From NCBI GenBank assembly GCA_028286645.1, contig JAQBRF010000004.1, positions 337,536-401,535 on the forward strand: a stretch of 64,000 bases of DNA, given 5' to 3'. Both the position numbers and the translations under genes were made by a program. Positions within the stretch are counted from its first letter, which is position 1, and every line of letters begins with the position of its first letter. Positions 9,440-18,366 of the stretch are shown piece after piece. The notes beneath the pieces are model-generated. The model was not told the origin of the DNA. It worked only from the letters and a program-made list of their open reading frames with translations, and did not search any database. This stretch comes from Candidatus Nomurabacteria bacterium (GTDB lineage Bacteria > Patescibacteriota > Minisyncoccia > Phycocordibacterales > UBA5272).

Positions 9440-9823
9440 ATGAAAGTAGAAGCAAATAAACCACAAACAAAAAGACAAATACAAGTCGGTCTTGAAGTTC
9501 TAGCCATCGCTCAGGATTTCTTTCAGCGTGAGTCCTCAGGATCTTCTATGATCACAGTCACACGAGCTGAAGTATCCGGAGACATGAAACATGGAACTAT
9601 TTTTATAACAGTGCTTCCAGAAAGCAAGGAAGAATCTGCAATTAACTTCGCCAAAAGAATGAGAAGCGATCTTAGACACGCTATTATGAAAAGGATGCCG
9701 GTAAAAGTAATACCATTTCTTGAAGTAGAAATTGATTACGGAGAAAAGAATAGACTTCATATAAGCGAACTTTTGAGGAAAAGTGGTGGCACTACTGCAG
9801 AAGCTTCGGACTTACCTAAATAA
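9440..9823 (+). CDS. rbfA: ribosome-binding factor A
   Basis: ITVTRAEVSGDMKHGTIFITV matches the RbfA core. Classic infB-rbfA linkage. The ORF-track start at 9380 is probably upstream of the real ATG. Confidence 0.75.
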   Translation: MKVEANKPQTKRQIQVGLEVLAIAQDFFQRESSGSSMITVTRAEVSGDMKHGTIFITVLPESKEESAINFAKRMRSDLRHAIMKRMPVKVIPFLEVEIDYGEKNRLHISELLRKSGGTTAEASDLPK

Positions 9824-9917
9824 ACAACTTTTGACAAAAGTAGTATTGTAATGCAGAATATGGATGAGTTTCACTTTGTAACCTACAAAGTGAATTTGAA
9901 CACAAAGGAGTCATTGA

Positions 9918-10742
9918 ATGAATCAGTCTCTGGTGAAAGAAAGCTCGCAAAGTGAATCTCGTGGACTCTCATCGTCGGAGCGGGATACACTCATTCTCCT
10001 TTTCGATCCCGCTGTGGACGATGAGAGAAAGATCGGACTTTCCTTTTCGCTGGGAGAGGGAGCTGCGAAGCTTCATCTCCGCACGGAGCGAAATGAGAAA
10101 GGCCATCCGCTCATCAAGGTGACTGGGGTGGATTCTGGGCACGATTTCAACCCTTTAATGGTCGGAGTGTACTTATTCTTCGCCCACCTTATCTCAGACC
10201 GTGTGCCGGAAAAGATCATGGGGAGACCTTCTCGTCTCAGGAAATATCTGCGCAATCTGTACACGCTTTACGGCGACACCACGCGGCCGCATCTGTCACC
10301 AGTTGCGACTCCTCCAACGAAACCCGAAACCCACAAAAGGATGCCGCTCCCAGTGAAGGCTCCAACGGCGCCGGTAAAAAAAGCGGCGGTCTTGCAGAAA
10401 GCTTCGCGAATTAACAGAAGCGAGTATGCAGAGTTCGGCGAAAGCTCCAACCTGTCGATGCCTGGCAAGCACCAGCTACTGGCAAGAGGCGAGAATGGGT
10501 ATGCATATGTCCGAAGCGACGGGAGCATCGTCACTCTGGATGGCGCGGATGAAGGGAATACGCTTTACGGGTTAACGATCGGATGCAAGATATCCGTTCG
10601 AGAGCTCTCGAATCGAAACCCCGCTTCTGTGTTCGATGCAGAGCCGCGCCGTGGGCTGGAAATCGGCAAGTTCTACAAGTACCTGTGTCAATTCCATCCG
10701 GAAGTCCCCATTGAGCGCCCAAAGCTTCCGTGGGAAAAATAG
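9918..10742 (+). CDS. GC-rich hypothetical protein (274 aa)
   Basis: AAAGGAG RBS 7 nt upstream. GC-clamped terminator immediately downstream. No recognisable motif. Confidence 0.6.
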   Translation: MNQSLVKESSQSESRGLSSSERDTLILLFDPAVDDERKIGLSFSLGEGAAKLHLRTERNEKGHPLIKVTGVDSGHDFNPLMVGVYLFFAHLISDRVPEKIMGRPSRLRKYLRNLYTLYGDTTRPHLSPVATPPTKPETHKRMPLPVKAPTAPVKKAAVLQKASRINRSEYAEFGESSNLSMPGKHQLLARGENGYAYVRSDGSIVTLDGADEGNTLYGLTIGCKISVRELSNRNPASVFDAEPRRGLEIGKFYKYLCQFHPEVPIERPKLPWEK

Positions 10743-10767
10743 GGTCGAGCTTTTTCACTTTAGCAAT

Positions 10768-10800
10768 CCCCCGGCATCATGTCGGGGCTTTTTCTTTTCT
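10768..10800 (+). terminator. rho-independent terminator
   Basis: CCCCGGCatcatGTCGGGG followed by CTTTTTCTTTTCT. Confidence 0.7.
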
Positions 10801-11029
10801 CAAATAAAAAACACCCATCGCGGGTATCTTTTACTTTATAAGTGAAACCTCTCTGTTTTTAACGAAGTGCTCGGCATTATTATACGACTGAATCAATAAA
10901 AAATTTGGGTCATTCGTATTAACTTTACCGGTTTGAAGCATCTTCTTACTTACCTAGACGGTAAAGAATCATAAATCTTACATCTCTCGCAAAAAGCCAA
11001 GAATTAAGATATAATCACTTCTGTTCACA

Positions 11030-11110
11030 CCTGCCCCGGTGGCGAAATTGGCAACAGAACAAATGCGCTAAGTGCGTCTACCAATTTCGTAAGTACATAG
11101 GGAGGTGAGA
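11030..11110 (+). pseudogene. tRNA-Leu 5' fragment plus fold-back (pseudo-tRNA / att remnant)
   Basis: 'tgccccggtggcgaaattggcaacag' copies tRNA positions 1-26. It is followed by 'agtgcgtctaccaatttcg', the inverse of the D-arm. No complete cloverleaf forms. Confidence 0.5.
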
Positions 11111-11137
11111 TAAAAGAGAGTAAAAATTAAATATTTG

Positions 11138-11221
11138 CCCAGGTGGCGAAATTGGTAGACGCACTTGCCTTAGGAGCAAGCGCCGCAAGGCATGAAGGTT
11201 CAAGTCCTTTCCTGGGCACCT
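11138..11221 (+). tRNA. tRNA-Leu (anticodon TAG)
   Basis: Acceptor GCCCAGG/CCTGGGC. Anticodon stem-loop ACTTGC-CTTAGGA-GCAAG. Long variable arm (type II). Confidence 0.85.
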
Positions 11222-12825
11222 AATAATACATTTTGGTCCGCAAGCGTATCAAAAGGTGTATTAAACGTTGATTTGTATACCTTTTTATCTTTTATATAAA
11301 AGTTCAAGAAGATCTTTTTAAGGAAGAAGTCTAGTTCTTCCATATTCTTGATAGAAGCTAGTGTTTTAGGCATATTTTCCATTAGTTCAATGAACTTTTC
11401 AAAAGTTAAAATGCTTACTTTATCATTTTCGTAAATTATCCTAGTTTTCTTCTCGTCTTCTTCTATTAAATTAATATCTCTTTCAGCTTTTTCTAGATCT
11501 CCTCTATAAAACTTCTTAATGTTTTCTGCTTCGTCGCTTAAAAGGAGATTCTTTGTCTTCTCTATCTTTTCTTCGGCTCTAACCTTTTCGGTTCGCAACG
11601 TCAAAAGTTTTTCCTTTGCTTGATTAATACGGTCTGAATGTACTTTTTTTATTTCCTTTGTATAGTGCTCATAACTTCTTTTACTAGAAAATGGTTTCTT
11701 TTCTAAAAGGTGGTATATGTAATCTAAAATTACTTTAGCTCTTATAGATTTTCCATATCTAGGACAATCACGATTATCACACCTATAGTAAAAATATCTT
11801 ATTGTGCCTTTTTTAGTTTTTTTAGCAGTTATTCCTGCTTGCAAAGATTCTCCACATTCGCAAATTACAGCGTCTCTTAAAAGACTTGCTATTATGTCCT
11901 CTCCTTTTCTATAGTTTCGAGCAAGTTTAAGTAAATCTTTATTTCCAGATAGTCTATTAATCTGCATAAATTCTTCTGTGGTTACCATAGGAATAAAATC
12001 GTAATATTCCATTAAGTTAACTACATTTTCTCCATATTGGAGTACCCCAGTATAAACAGGATCTCTTAAAATATATTGGACCCTCTGTTTGTTCATTGTA
12101 AAGAATCTTTCTGACGATTCCGTATTGCTATGAAAATATTTATTACTTATAAGATACTCAGAAATCTGGTCCAAAGTTTTGCCTTCCAATCTCATTTGGA
12201 AGCCTTGCTTCAGTAATACATAATTATTTCCGTCTGGACGTAAATAACCGTTTTTATCTTTTATATAACCGTGTTTAGAGATATTTACATATTTACCTTC
12301 TGCAAGACTTAACCTATTCCCTCTTTTAACATTGACACTTAATTTATCTGAATATTCCTTTGAGAGAGCAAACATAATTCCTAGGAGCAACTTACCGCTT
12401 GCGTCATTACTAAATGTAAAACTTACAAACTTTAAATCTTTGATTATGTCCTTATCAACTAGATCTATAACCTCTCCCGCCTCTTTCATATTTCTTGCTA
12501 GTCTGTCCGGGTGCCACGCGATAACCCCGTCATATTTACTAGCACTTATATCAAGAAGCATTTTAGTAAACTTAGGCCTTATTCCTGGCTCTTTAGCACT
12601 TTCTGCTTCCTCTATTATATCTGCAAACTTAAGTTCATTCTTTCTTGCGAAATCCCTGCATTCCGTGATTTGATCCTCAATGGAACGTATTTGTTTACCG
12701 GTCTCGTCGGTTGACTTTCTTACGTAAATAACATACTTATACTTTTCGGGAGTATATGCCACTTTGTCGTTCTGGGCCGATTTTAGTAACTCCAAAAGTT
12801 CTTGTGGAGAAGTAGGATTAAACAT
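11200..12825 (-). CDS. large serine recombinase (integrase)
   Basis: N-terminal resolvase domain YVIYVRKSTDETGKQIRSIEDQ with the catalytic Ser. 541 aa, with a Cys-containing zinc-ribbon region and a coiled-coil C-terminus. The 3' end overlaps the tRNA-Leu 3' end. Confidence 0.8.
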   Translation of the reverse strand: MFNPTSPQELLELLKSAQNDKVAYTPEKYKYVIYVRKSTDETGKQIRSIEDQITECRDFARKNELKFADIIEEAESAKEPGIRPKFTKMLLDISASKYDGVIAWHPDRLARNMKEAGEVIDLVDKDIIKDLKFVSFTFSNDASGKLLLGIMFALSKEYSDKLSVNVKRGNRLSLAEGKYVNISKHGYIKDKNGYLRPDGNNYVLLKQGFQMRLEGKTLDQISEYLISNKYFHSNTESSERFFTMNKQRVQYILRDPVYTGVLQYGENVVNLMEYYDFIPMVTTEEFMQINRLSGNKDLLKLARNYRKGEDIIASLLRDAVICECGESLQAGITAKKTKKGTIRYFYYRCDNRDCPRYGKSIRAKVILDYIYHLLEKKPFSSKRSYEHYTKEIKKVHSDRINQAKEKLLTLRTEKVRAEEKIEKTKNLLLSDEAENIKKFYRGDLEKAERDINLIEEDEKKTRIIYENDKVSILTFEKFIELMENMPKTLASIKNMEELDFFLKKIFLNFYIKDKKVYKSTFNTPFDTLADQNVLLGAQERT

Positions 12826-12854
12826 ATACAGATTATAACCTTCTAATGAAGAAA

Positions 12855-13148
12855 TTACCTTCTAAATAATTCCGGGAATCTATTAAAAAGGTCCTTATCT
12901 TCTTCGTCTTTTTTGATTGCTTTAAAAGAAAGTGAGACTAGACTTCCTATAATCTTGGCTTGATCTGGTGTTATATGATTTTTCCTAAGATTATTAATTG
13001 TATCCTCTAGTAAGACTAAGGCGTCTGGCACATTTGTAACTCTTAGGGATTTCAACGGCCGGTAAGTGATTCTCGGTTTAAGAGCCTTTCCACCTTTTAT
13101 AATTGCCTCTCTTTTTAATTCAGCCACCTCGGGATTATGAGTAAACAA
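12855..13148 (-). CDS. hypothetical small protein co-oriented with recombinase
   Basis: 97-aa ORF lying 30 nt upstream of the recombinase. Confidence 0.4.
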   Translation of the reverse strand: MFTHNPEVAELKREAIIKGGKALKPRITYRPLKSLRVTNVPDALVLLEDTINNLRKNHITPDQAKIIGSLVSLSFKAIKKDEEDKDLFNRFPELFRR

Positions 13149-13560
13149 AACTCAAAGTTAATCATTGCGTTGGCATTACATTGTTCGTTATTAGATTTTT
13201 TGAATATACATTTCATAAGTTATTGCTTGTAAATTAGCTTTTAAGATCTGAATAAATTGGTATGATTTGAGGTCATAATCAAACGAAAAACGGACCTGAA
13301 CTTACTTATCCCGTGAGATAGCTTGTTCAGACCCGTGAATCTGTCTAGCTTTTTATAACTAGCTTTGTTTTCCCTGGACCATATCTTAAGGCTTTTTCAA
13401 GATTAGGGTCGATCAGTAAAACTATTTGATTATCTTAAGTGTAGCTTATATTCATATCTTGTAAATTGCTTATATTTCTTACGAGAGAATAATAAGATAT
13501 ACTTGCATTACAACTAAATATATTAGTGGCCTAACCCCTAAGCAATTAGAGTATGGTCCA

Positions 13561-13700
13561 AATCGCGACAAACATAAAAAACCTATCATTAGGGCGTTTG
13601 TCGCGGTATACCGGGAAACTGGTATACAGGCCTTCGGGCCTTCCTAGTGGTAGGCTTTTTCTGTCTCCACTTAGATTTATAAATTAAACGCGACAAACAA
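13561..13700 (+). promoter_or_regulatory. three copies of 'cgcgacaaac' (two direct, one inverted) up to the start codon
   Basis: aatCGCGACAAACat ... gGCGTTTGTCGCGg ... aaaCGCGACAAACaatttATG. A UUCG-tetraloop hairpin (aggccTTCGggcct) lies in the same region. Confidence 0.4.
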
Positions 13701-13703
13701 TTT

Positions 13704-14135
13704 ATGGAAAAGCACGCTTCTCTTATTAAGAAAGTCTCAATATATGTCATTATTGGCTCTATAGCAGTCATAGCCCTAATTATCTCTATAAGTAGTGGAG
13801 AAGGTAGTACTTCAAGTAAAACAGCGACTACAACCTCAACAATAGCCACACGGCCTAAAATTGGAGAGGAAGGATACATTAAAACAACATTGAAATATCC
13901 TTTCTTAGCTGTAGATAGAGAATCCTACGATCAGATAATGAAATCAGCAGTAGCAAAGGACGATCGAGGAATTGCTGAAGTTATAGCCGGTGGGGGAGGT
14001 TTCTTTGTGGACAATGGTACTAAAGTCCTTGTCCTAGACCAAGAGTTTGGATCTAGGAAAGTGCGGGTGCTTGAAGGTGATCAAATTAATAGGACTGGCT
14101 GGTTAGTAATGGAGTGGATCTCAAAGGAGAAATAG
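13704..14135 (+). CDS. hypothetical membrane-anchored protein with Thr-rich linker
   Basis: N-terminal TM helix, TATTTSTIAT linker, GGGGFF motif. Confidence 0.5.
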   Translation: MEKHASLIKKVSIYVIIGSIAVIALIISISSGEGSTSSKTATTTSTIATRPKIGEEGYIKTTLKYPFLAVDRESYDQIMKSAVAKDDRGIAEVIAGGGGFFVDNGTKVLVLDQEFGSRKVRVLEGDQINRTGWLVMEWISKEK

Positions 14136-14171
14136 TCTTCGTAACTTTGTGTTTACTTGCTCGGTCTAGTT

Positions 14172-14948
14172 TTAGATCTTTACGAGAATAAAACCTATTT
14201 TTTCTCTCACGATTCCGTCATACTTACCTTCTACTAAGTTTTCGAATACTGGCCACGGCTCATAATATGTATAGCTAAAGCCATTTGCACCGTGATTAGT
14301 ATTCTGTTTAGTGGTTTCACTTAGATTTGGATACGCCAAAATAAACGCCATTTCTTCAATTACGTACTTAATAGCAATAGGTACTTTGCTGTTAATGTCT
14401 TCTCCTTCTTGGAGGCGATTCTTTAGGACCTTAGCCGTTGTAGTATTTATATCTTTATGAAACTCTAGATTTTCTTCATATAAGGTCATTAGACATTCAT
14501 ACTCTTTTAAATATGTCTCGTCCTTATAAATGTCTACCCAATCTAAGAAAATAACCTTACTCTTATTTTCTGGTTCTTCTATTTTTATTCTCTCTAAAGC
14601 TGCAAGACAATGATTCCTTAATCGATTCCTATCTAATCTTGCTTCTCTTAATACTTTGTCTTCAGAATATCCTTTAGCACGAAAATTATGCTTAGCTGGA
14701 CCGTCGGTAAAGAAAACTGAGACTCTATTTGAGAAGTTGAGTGAAAAACGCAGCATTCTATATATATTTTCTCTATTGTAATATCCATTGTTTAGGCAAA
14801 TTGCTAAAAGTAAATCTTGTTTTCTATTCAGAAACTCCACACCTCTCTTTCTTATAGGTAACCCTTCGTCATTTAGAATAACCACTGCTTGCCAGTTATG
14901 ATTTTCAACTCTCTTATTTAATCCAGCTATTTCATTTTTTAGGTCCAT
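14172..14948 (-). CDS. tRNA-dependent cyclodipeptide synthase (CDPS) homolog
   Basis: LLLAICLNNGYYNRENIYRML aligns gap-free to the CDPS pocket motif (YvmC [21 protein letters not shown]; AlbC GISAGNSYF). RVSVFFTDGPAKHN aligns to SVSVLLAGHEAAN. AIKYVIEEMAFILAYP aligns to the CDPS Y-x-x-x-E motif (AVEYVIAELPFFIGAP). Comparator sequences are from memory. Confidence 0.65.
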   Translation of the reverse strand: MDLKNEIAGLNKRVENHNWQAVVILNDEGLPIRKRGVEFLNRKQDLLLAICLNNGYYNRENIYRMLRFSLNFSNRVSVFFTDGPAKHNFRAKGYSEDKVLREARLDRNRLRNHCLAALERIKIEEPENKSKVIFLDWVDIYKDETYLKEYECLMTLYEENLEFHKDINTTTAKVLKNRLQEGEDINSKVPIAIKYVIEEMAFILAYPNLSETTKQNTNHGANGFSYTYYEPWPVFENLVEGKYDGIVREKIGFILVKI

Positions 14949-14950
14949 AT

Positions 14951-15388
14951 TTATCTTGCCATTACCACTCTTGGTTCTCCGTCCCCAAAGTAATCTTCTT
15001 TTCTCGATTCAATTTTAAATCCTAGAGATTCATAAAGGCTAATTGCTTTAAAGTTATCTGGGTGTGTTACAAGATCTATCCTTTTTACTTCTCCTATTTC
15101 CTTTAAGATATAATCCATAGCTTGCCTTGCTATTCCTTGTCTCTGAAACTCTGGAAGGATTAATATTCCACTTATATAAGCGTGGTCCGGCGATTTCATT
15201 TCATACATTACGTCACCTGCTATCTTACTGTCTTTCTCAATAATATAAACCGGTCCGTCATTTATGGCTTTTATCCATTCGGATTCCTCAAGCATTGCAG
15301 AATAAGTTTTAGATCCTACAATACTTTGCTCTATAGAGATAAGAGTAGGAATATCTTCAATTATTGCTTTTTTATATTTAAGTTCCAT
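14951..15388 (-). CDS. GNAT family N-acetyltransferase
   Basis: Motif A YISGILILPEFQRQGIARQAMDYIL and the AISLYESLGFK tail. 145 aa. Ends 3 nt before the CDPS start. Confidence 0.8.
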   Translation of the reverse strand: MELKYKKAIIEDIPTLISIEQSIVGSKTYSAMLEESEWIKAINDGPVYIIEKDSKIAGDVMYEMKSPDHAYISGILILPEFQRQGIARQAMDYILKEIGEVKRIDLVTHPDNFKAISLYESLGFKIESRKEDYFGDGEPRVVMAR

Positions 15389-15390
15389 AT

Positions 15391-15870
15391 CTAAATTATA
15401 CTCTTATATTTTTTCATAAACTTCTGTCTATCTTGGGGAGTATCAAACCAAAAGATTGTATAGTACTTTTTCTTTCCGCTTCTTATTAATGCTTCGTGTC
15501 TATGGGTGCCGTCTCTTACCGAAAGAATAGGCCAAGGGCGCGGGTTAGCAATTAACGCCGGGACTTCCCACCCTTTTTTTATTTCTTTTACCATAGCATT
15601 CACCCTTTTGTTAAACTTCTTTAAAGATTCTGGATATTCCATTCCTTCTTCTGGGCCACAACAACGCACTAACTCTTTTAAAGGAAAGTTAATTGGCCCC
15701 ACCCAGGAGTGATACCCTTCTTCTTTACGAAGTTTCAGTCCTCTTGCCATATTTTTATTGATTCCTGGACCGTGGAGAAAGGCAAAGACCCATTCGTCTA
15801 GCCTCCCTTTCTTTGTATAGGCTTTGAGTTCTTTGATAGAGAAATCTAACTTTTGTTCTGTTTTTGTCAT
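15391..15870 (-). CDS. ParB/sulfiredoxin-fold domain protein
   Basis: C-terminal ILSVRDGTHRHEALIRSG matches the ParB/Srx DGxHRxxA core. Ends 3 nt before the GNAT start. Confidence 0.45.
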   Translation of the reverse strand: MTKTEQKLDFSIKELKAYTKKGRLDEWVFAFLHGPGINKNMARGLKLRKEEGYHSWVGPINFPLKELVRCCGPEEGMEYPESLKKFNKRVNAMVKEIKKGWEVPALIANPRPWPILSVRDGTHRHEALIRSGKKKYYTIFWFDTPQDRQKFMKKYKSII

Positions 15871-15938
15871 TAAAGAAGTATACCAGTTACGTTTTAACCA
15901 CTTAAAAGGTAATAAATTAAGGGTGTATAATTAGTATT

Positions 15939-16187
15939 ATGACCACTATCAGAGAAGAACGTATTTTAAGGAGAAAGTTCTATGTTTTAGATAAAATTGC
16001 TAAACAGTTGGATCAAGTACCTGGAACGAATATTATATATTACACTCAAGATCCTACAGAGTACTTAATGAACGGCCTCCAATATAATGAGTTAATCCCA
16101 GGACCAGCAGACGAAGTTAAGATTCTAGAACTCTTTAATTCAGAGGATATTCTAAAAATTGAAAGTAATTACGACGAATATGAGTAG
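15939..16187 (+). CDS. small protein, putative antitoxin partner of PIN protein
   Basis: 82 aa. Lies immediately upstream of the PIN gene. A TATAAT sits 9 nt before its ATG. Confidence 0.35.
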   Translation: MTTIREERILRRKFYVLDKIAKQLDQVPGTNIIYYTQDPTEYLMNGLQYNELIPGPADEVKILELFNSEDILKIESNYDEYE

Positions 16188-16246
16188 AAGAGTACTAAGA
16201 TTAAAAATAAATAGAAGTAACTTTGAGTTATTATATAGTGAAATTA

Positions 16247-16788
16247 TGAAGAAGTTGTCCTTCATAGATACTAAAATACGGATTTATATTGATACAAATA
16301 TTTTTGGGAGAGCGATAGACGGTAAAATGGACCAGACAAACACAGAGTCAATTGAACGCATTGTTTCTAAGAAGAATATTAGCCTATATACGTCTGAAAA
16401 AACCAGACAAGAAATTAAAAATAATCCAAACAAGGGCGCGCAATCCTATTTACAATTTATTGTTAATTTAGTTACTGTTATACCGGAAGAACATTTCATA
16501 AAAGAAACCTCTGTAAGTATAGGTGAAGCGACACTAGGTTCTGTAACTATTGGAGGTACAACTACACAAGAGGATAAAACGTTTACACAACTTTCAGTTA
16601 TTTTCCAACAGGATGACGCAGAGCATATATTTCAAGCTATAAAAAGTAACGCACAGTATTTTATTACTCTTGATCAGAAAACGATTATCAACAAAAGAGA
16701 CGAATACAATAAACTTGGTTATCAAACAAGGCTGGTCACCCCTTTAGATCTTGAAAAAATACTATTTGCAATAGAGGATAACAGCTAA
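16247..16788 (+). CDS. PIN-domain protein (VapC-like nuclease with insertion)
   Basis: IYIDTNIFGRAID is a canonical PIN N-terminus. Later acidic residues at DDAEHIFQAI and FITLDQK. Start chosen at MKKLSF. Confidence 0.55.
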
Positions 16789-16792
16789 ATTA

Positions 16793-17338
16793 CTAGTAGG
16801 TTTTTACGTCGTAATCTCCTGTATCTTTATTATATGTAGTATGGATACTTTTTACTTGCTTATTAGAAACTTTTGCCATTATGTTTAAGAACTTTATTAG
16901 GTTAATTGCTATTAAATATTCATTCTTCTTAAAATCAGAGGTGAAATAAAGATAGGTTAGTTTACTCTTACTGTGGATAGTGTGGAATGTGTAAGAATGA
17001 ATAATAAGATTTAAAAGAAGTGACAGCTTTATGCTTATCTTTTCTGGTTTTTTAAAATCAAAAAGTTCTGTAAAATCGAATACCGGACCACGTCTCTTGG
17101 AGTTTCTTCTATGTCTTATTACAGATACCTTTGTATCTATTACTTTATCGGGTATTTTACGTGCTTCTAAGAGTTTTCTAATAGAGAACGTTATGATAAA
17201 AACCTTTATTTCAACTTTAGAAATGATTTCGTCTAGTTTGTCGTCTTCTAAGCTATTAATGTTAATTTTTTGTAACTTCTTTATGTAAGAAATGTCTCTT
17301 TTTATAATTTGCCTCCAATAGTAAGATTCAAAAGCCAT
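16793..17338 (-). CDS. hypothetical protein, very AT-rich
   Basis: 181-aa ORF, Lys/Ile-rich. Confidence 0.4.
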   Translation of the reverse strand: MAFESYYWRQIIKRDISYIKKLQKININSLEDDKLDEIISKVEIKVFIITFSIRKLLEARKIPDKVIDTKVSVIRHRRNSKRRGPVFDFTELFDFKKPEKISIKLSLLLNLIIHSYTFHTIHSKSKLTYLYFTSDFKKNEYLIAINLIKFLNIMAKVSNKQVKSIHTTYNKDTGDYDVKTY

Positions 17339-17965
17339 TTCGTGTCGTATTATATATAACTATAAGTTCAATACATTCACCCCTATTAAATAGTAATTAT
17401 TTCTTCCTGCCCAAAGTAACAATATCGCCATTATTTGCAATGACTTGTTGCTGTGGCTTATTATGTGGTACTTTAGGTAAACCTTGTACGACGTCGGTAA
17501 AATTATCTTTTTTCATATATACTAGAAGTATATCAAAAACGTATAGCCAAACCAGCCTTTTTCCTATCTACGCTTATAAAATCAGACATTATGCTATTCC
17601 AATCTCTAAACTTCTCAACGTTATTTGACACTAAATCAAAAAGTTCAAGTGCTGTATGATAGCGGGCACAGCAAAAAAAACCATAAGGTCTTTTGTTTTG
17701 CTATGCCTAGGAAGTAAGTGGCCTACGCCACTTAAGGAAGGACTTAAAAGTCCGGAGTATTTTTTTGGAAACTCCTAAAAATGACGAGGAGCAATCGGCA
17801 AACTTTTCTAAGCGACGGCGAGAAAAGATTTGTCGGAAAGATTCCTTTCCTAGATACACCAACATTTCTTCCAATAATATGCTAAGCAAATGATTTAGCT
17901 TAACATAAGAACAGCAAGAATTGGACTATAATTTTTTATGAGAAAATATAACTTTAAATCACTCC

Positions 17966-17994
17966 TTGACTTTCTATATAAGTTATGTTACAAT
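17966..17994 (+). promoter_or_regulatory. near-consensus sigma70 promoter
   Basis: TTGACT, 17-nt spacer, TACAAT. Then AAAGGAG RBS and the ATG at 18030. Confidence 0.65.
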
Positions 17995-18029
17995 GTAGAT
18001 AACCTAGTACTTACACGAAAGGAGCACTT

Positions 18030-18299
18030 ATGGACTCAGACTTAATTGAAAAGACACGACGGGAAACGGCCAGCCAAGTTCTGGCAATTACAACCGTGGT
18101 GTTACAAGCAATGTCAGCCATGACCAATCTCGGAAGCATTACTCCCTACTGGATGATGACAATAGGGTTTGCAACCGCCACAGCAGTTATGTGGATTAGG
18201 CGCAGCGCGAAAGGAGATGGAGGTTATTCTCTCCCCGGCGCAGTGATATGGCCCATCACCACACTTCTCATATTCCTGCATGGCATAGGCAGTCTTTAG
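18030..18299 (+). CDS. small membrane protein (2 TM)
   Basis: 89 aa, two hydrophobic helices. Strong promoter and RBS. Confidence 0.55.
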   Translation: MDSDLIEKTRRETASQVLAITTVVLQAMSAMTNLGSITPYWMMTIGFATATAVMWIRRSAKGDGGYSLPGAVIWPITTLLIFLHGIGSL

Positions 18300-18366
18300 C
18301 AGATGCAAGTAAGTGACCCCAGAGACTTTGGCAACTTTGGGGCCATTTTTGTATTATCATAAGTAA

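Noticed and set aside
11030-11110. Possible second tRNA upstream of tRNA-Leu(TAG)
   Set aside because: Only the first ~26 nt match a tRNA. The rest folds back on itself, so no cloverleaf forms. It is kept as a pseudo-tRNA or att remnant.
12332-12714. Plus-strand ORFs inside the serine recombinase gene
   Set aside because: They are antisense to a strongly supported 541-aa recombinase.
17640-17800. Series of short hairpins (AAGTGGCctacGCCACTT, GGACTTaaAAGTCC) in the AT-rich intergenic region, as a possible ncRNA
   Set aside because: The stems are short, there is no conserved-family signature, and this cannot be told apart from chance structure in AT-rich DNA.
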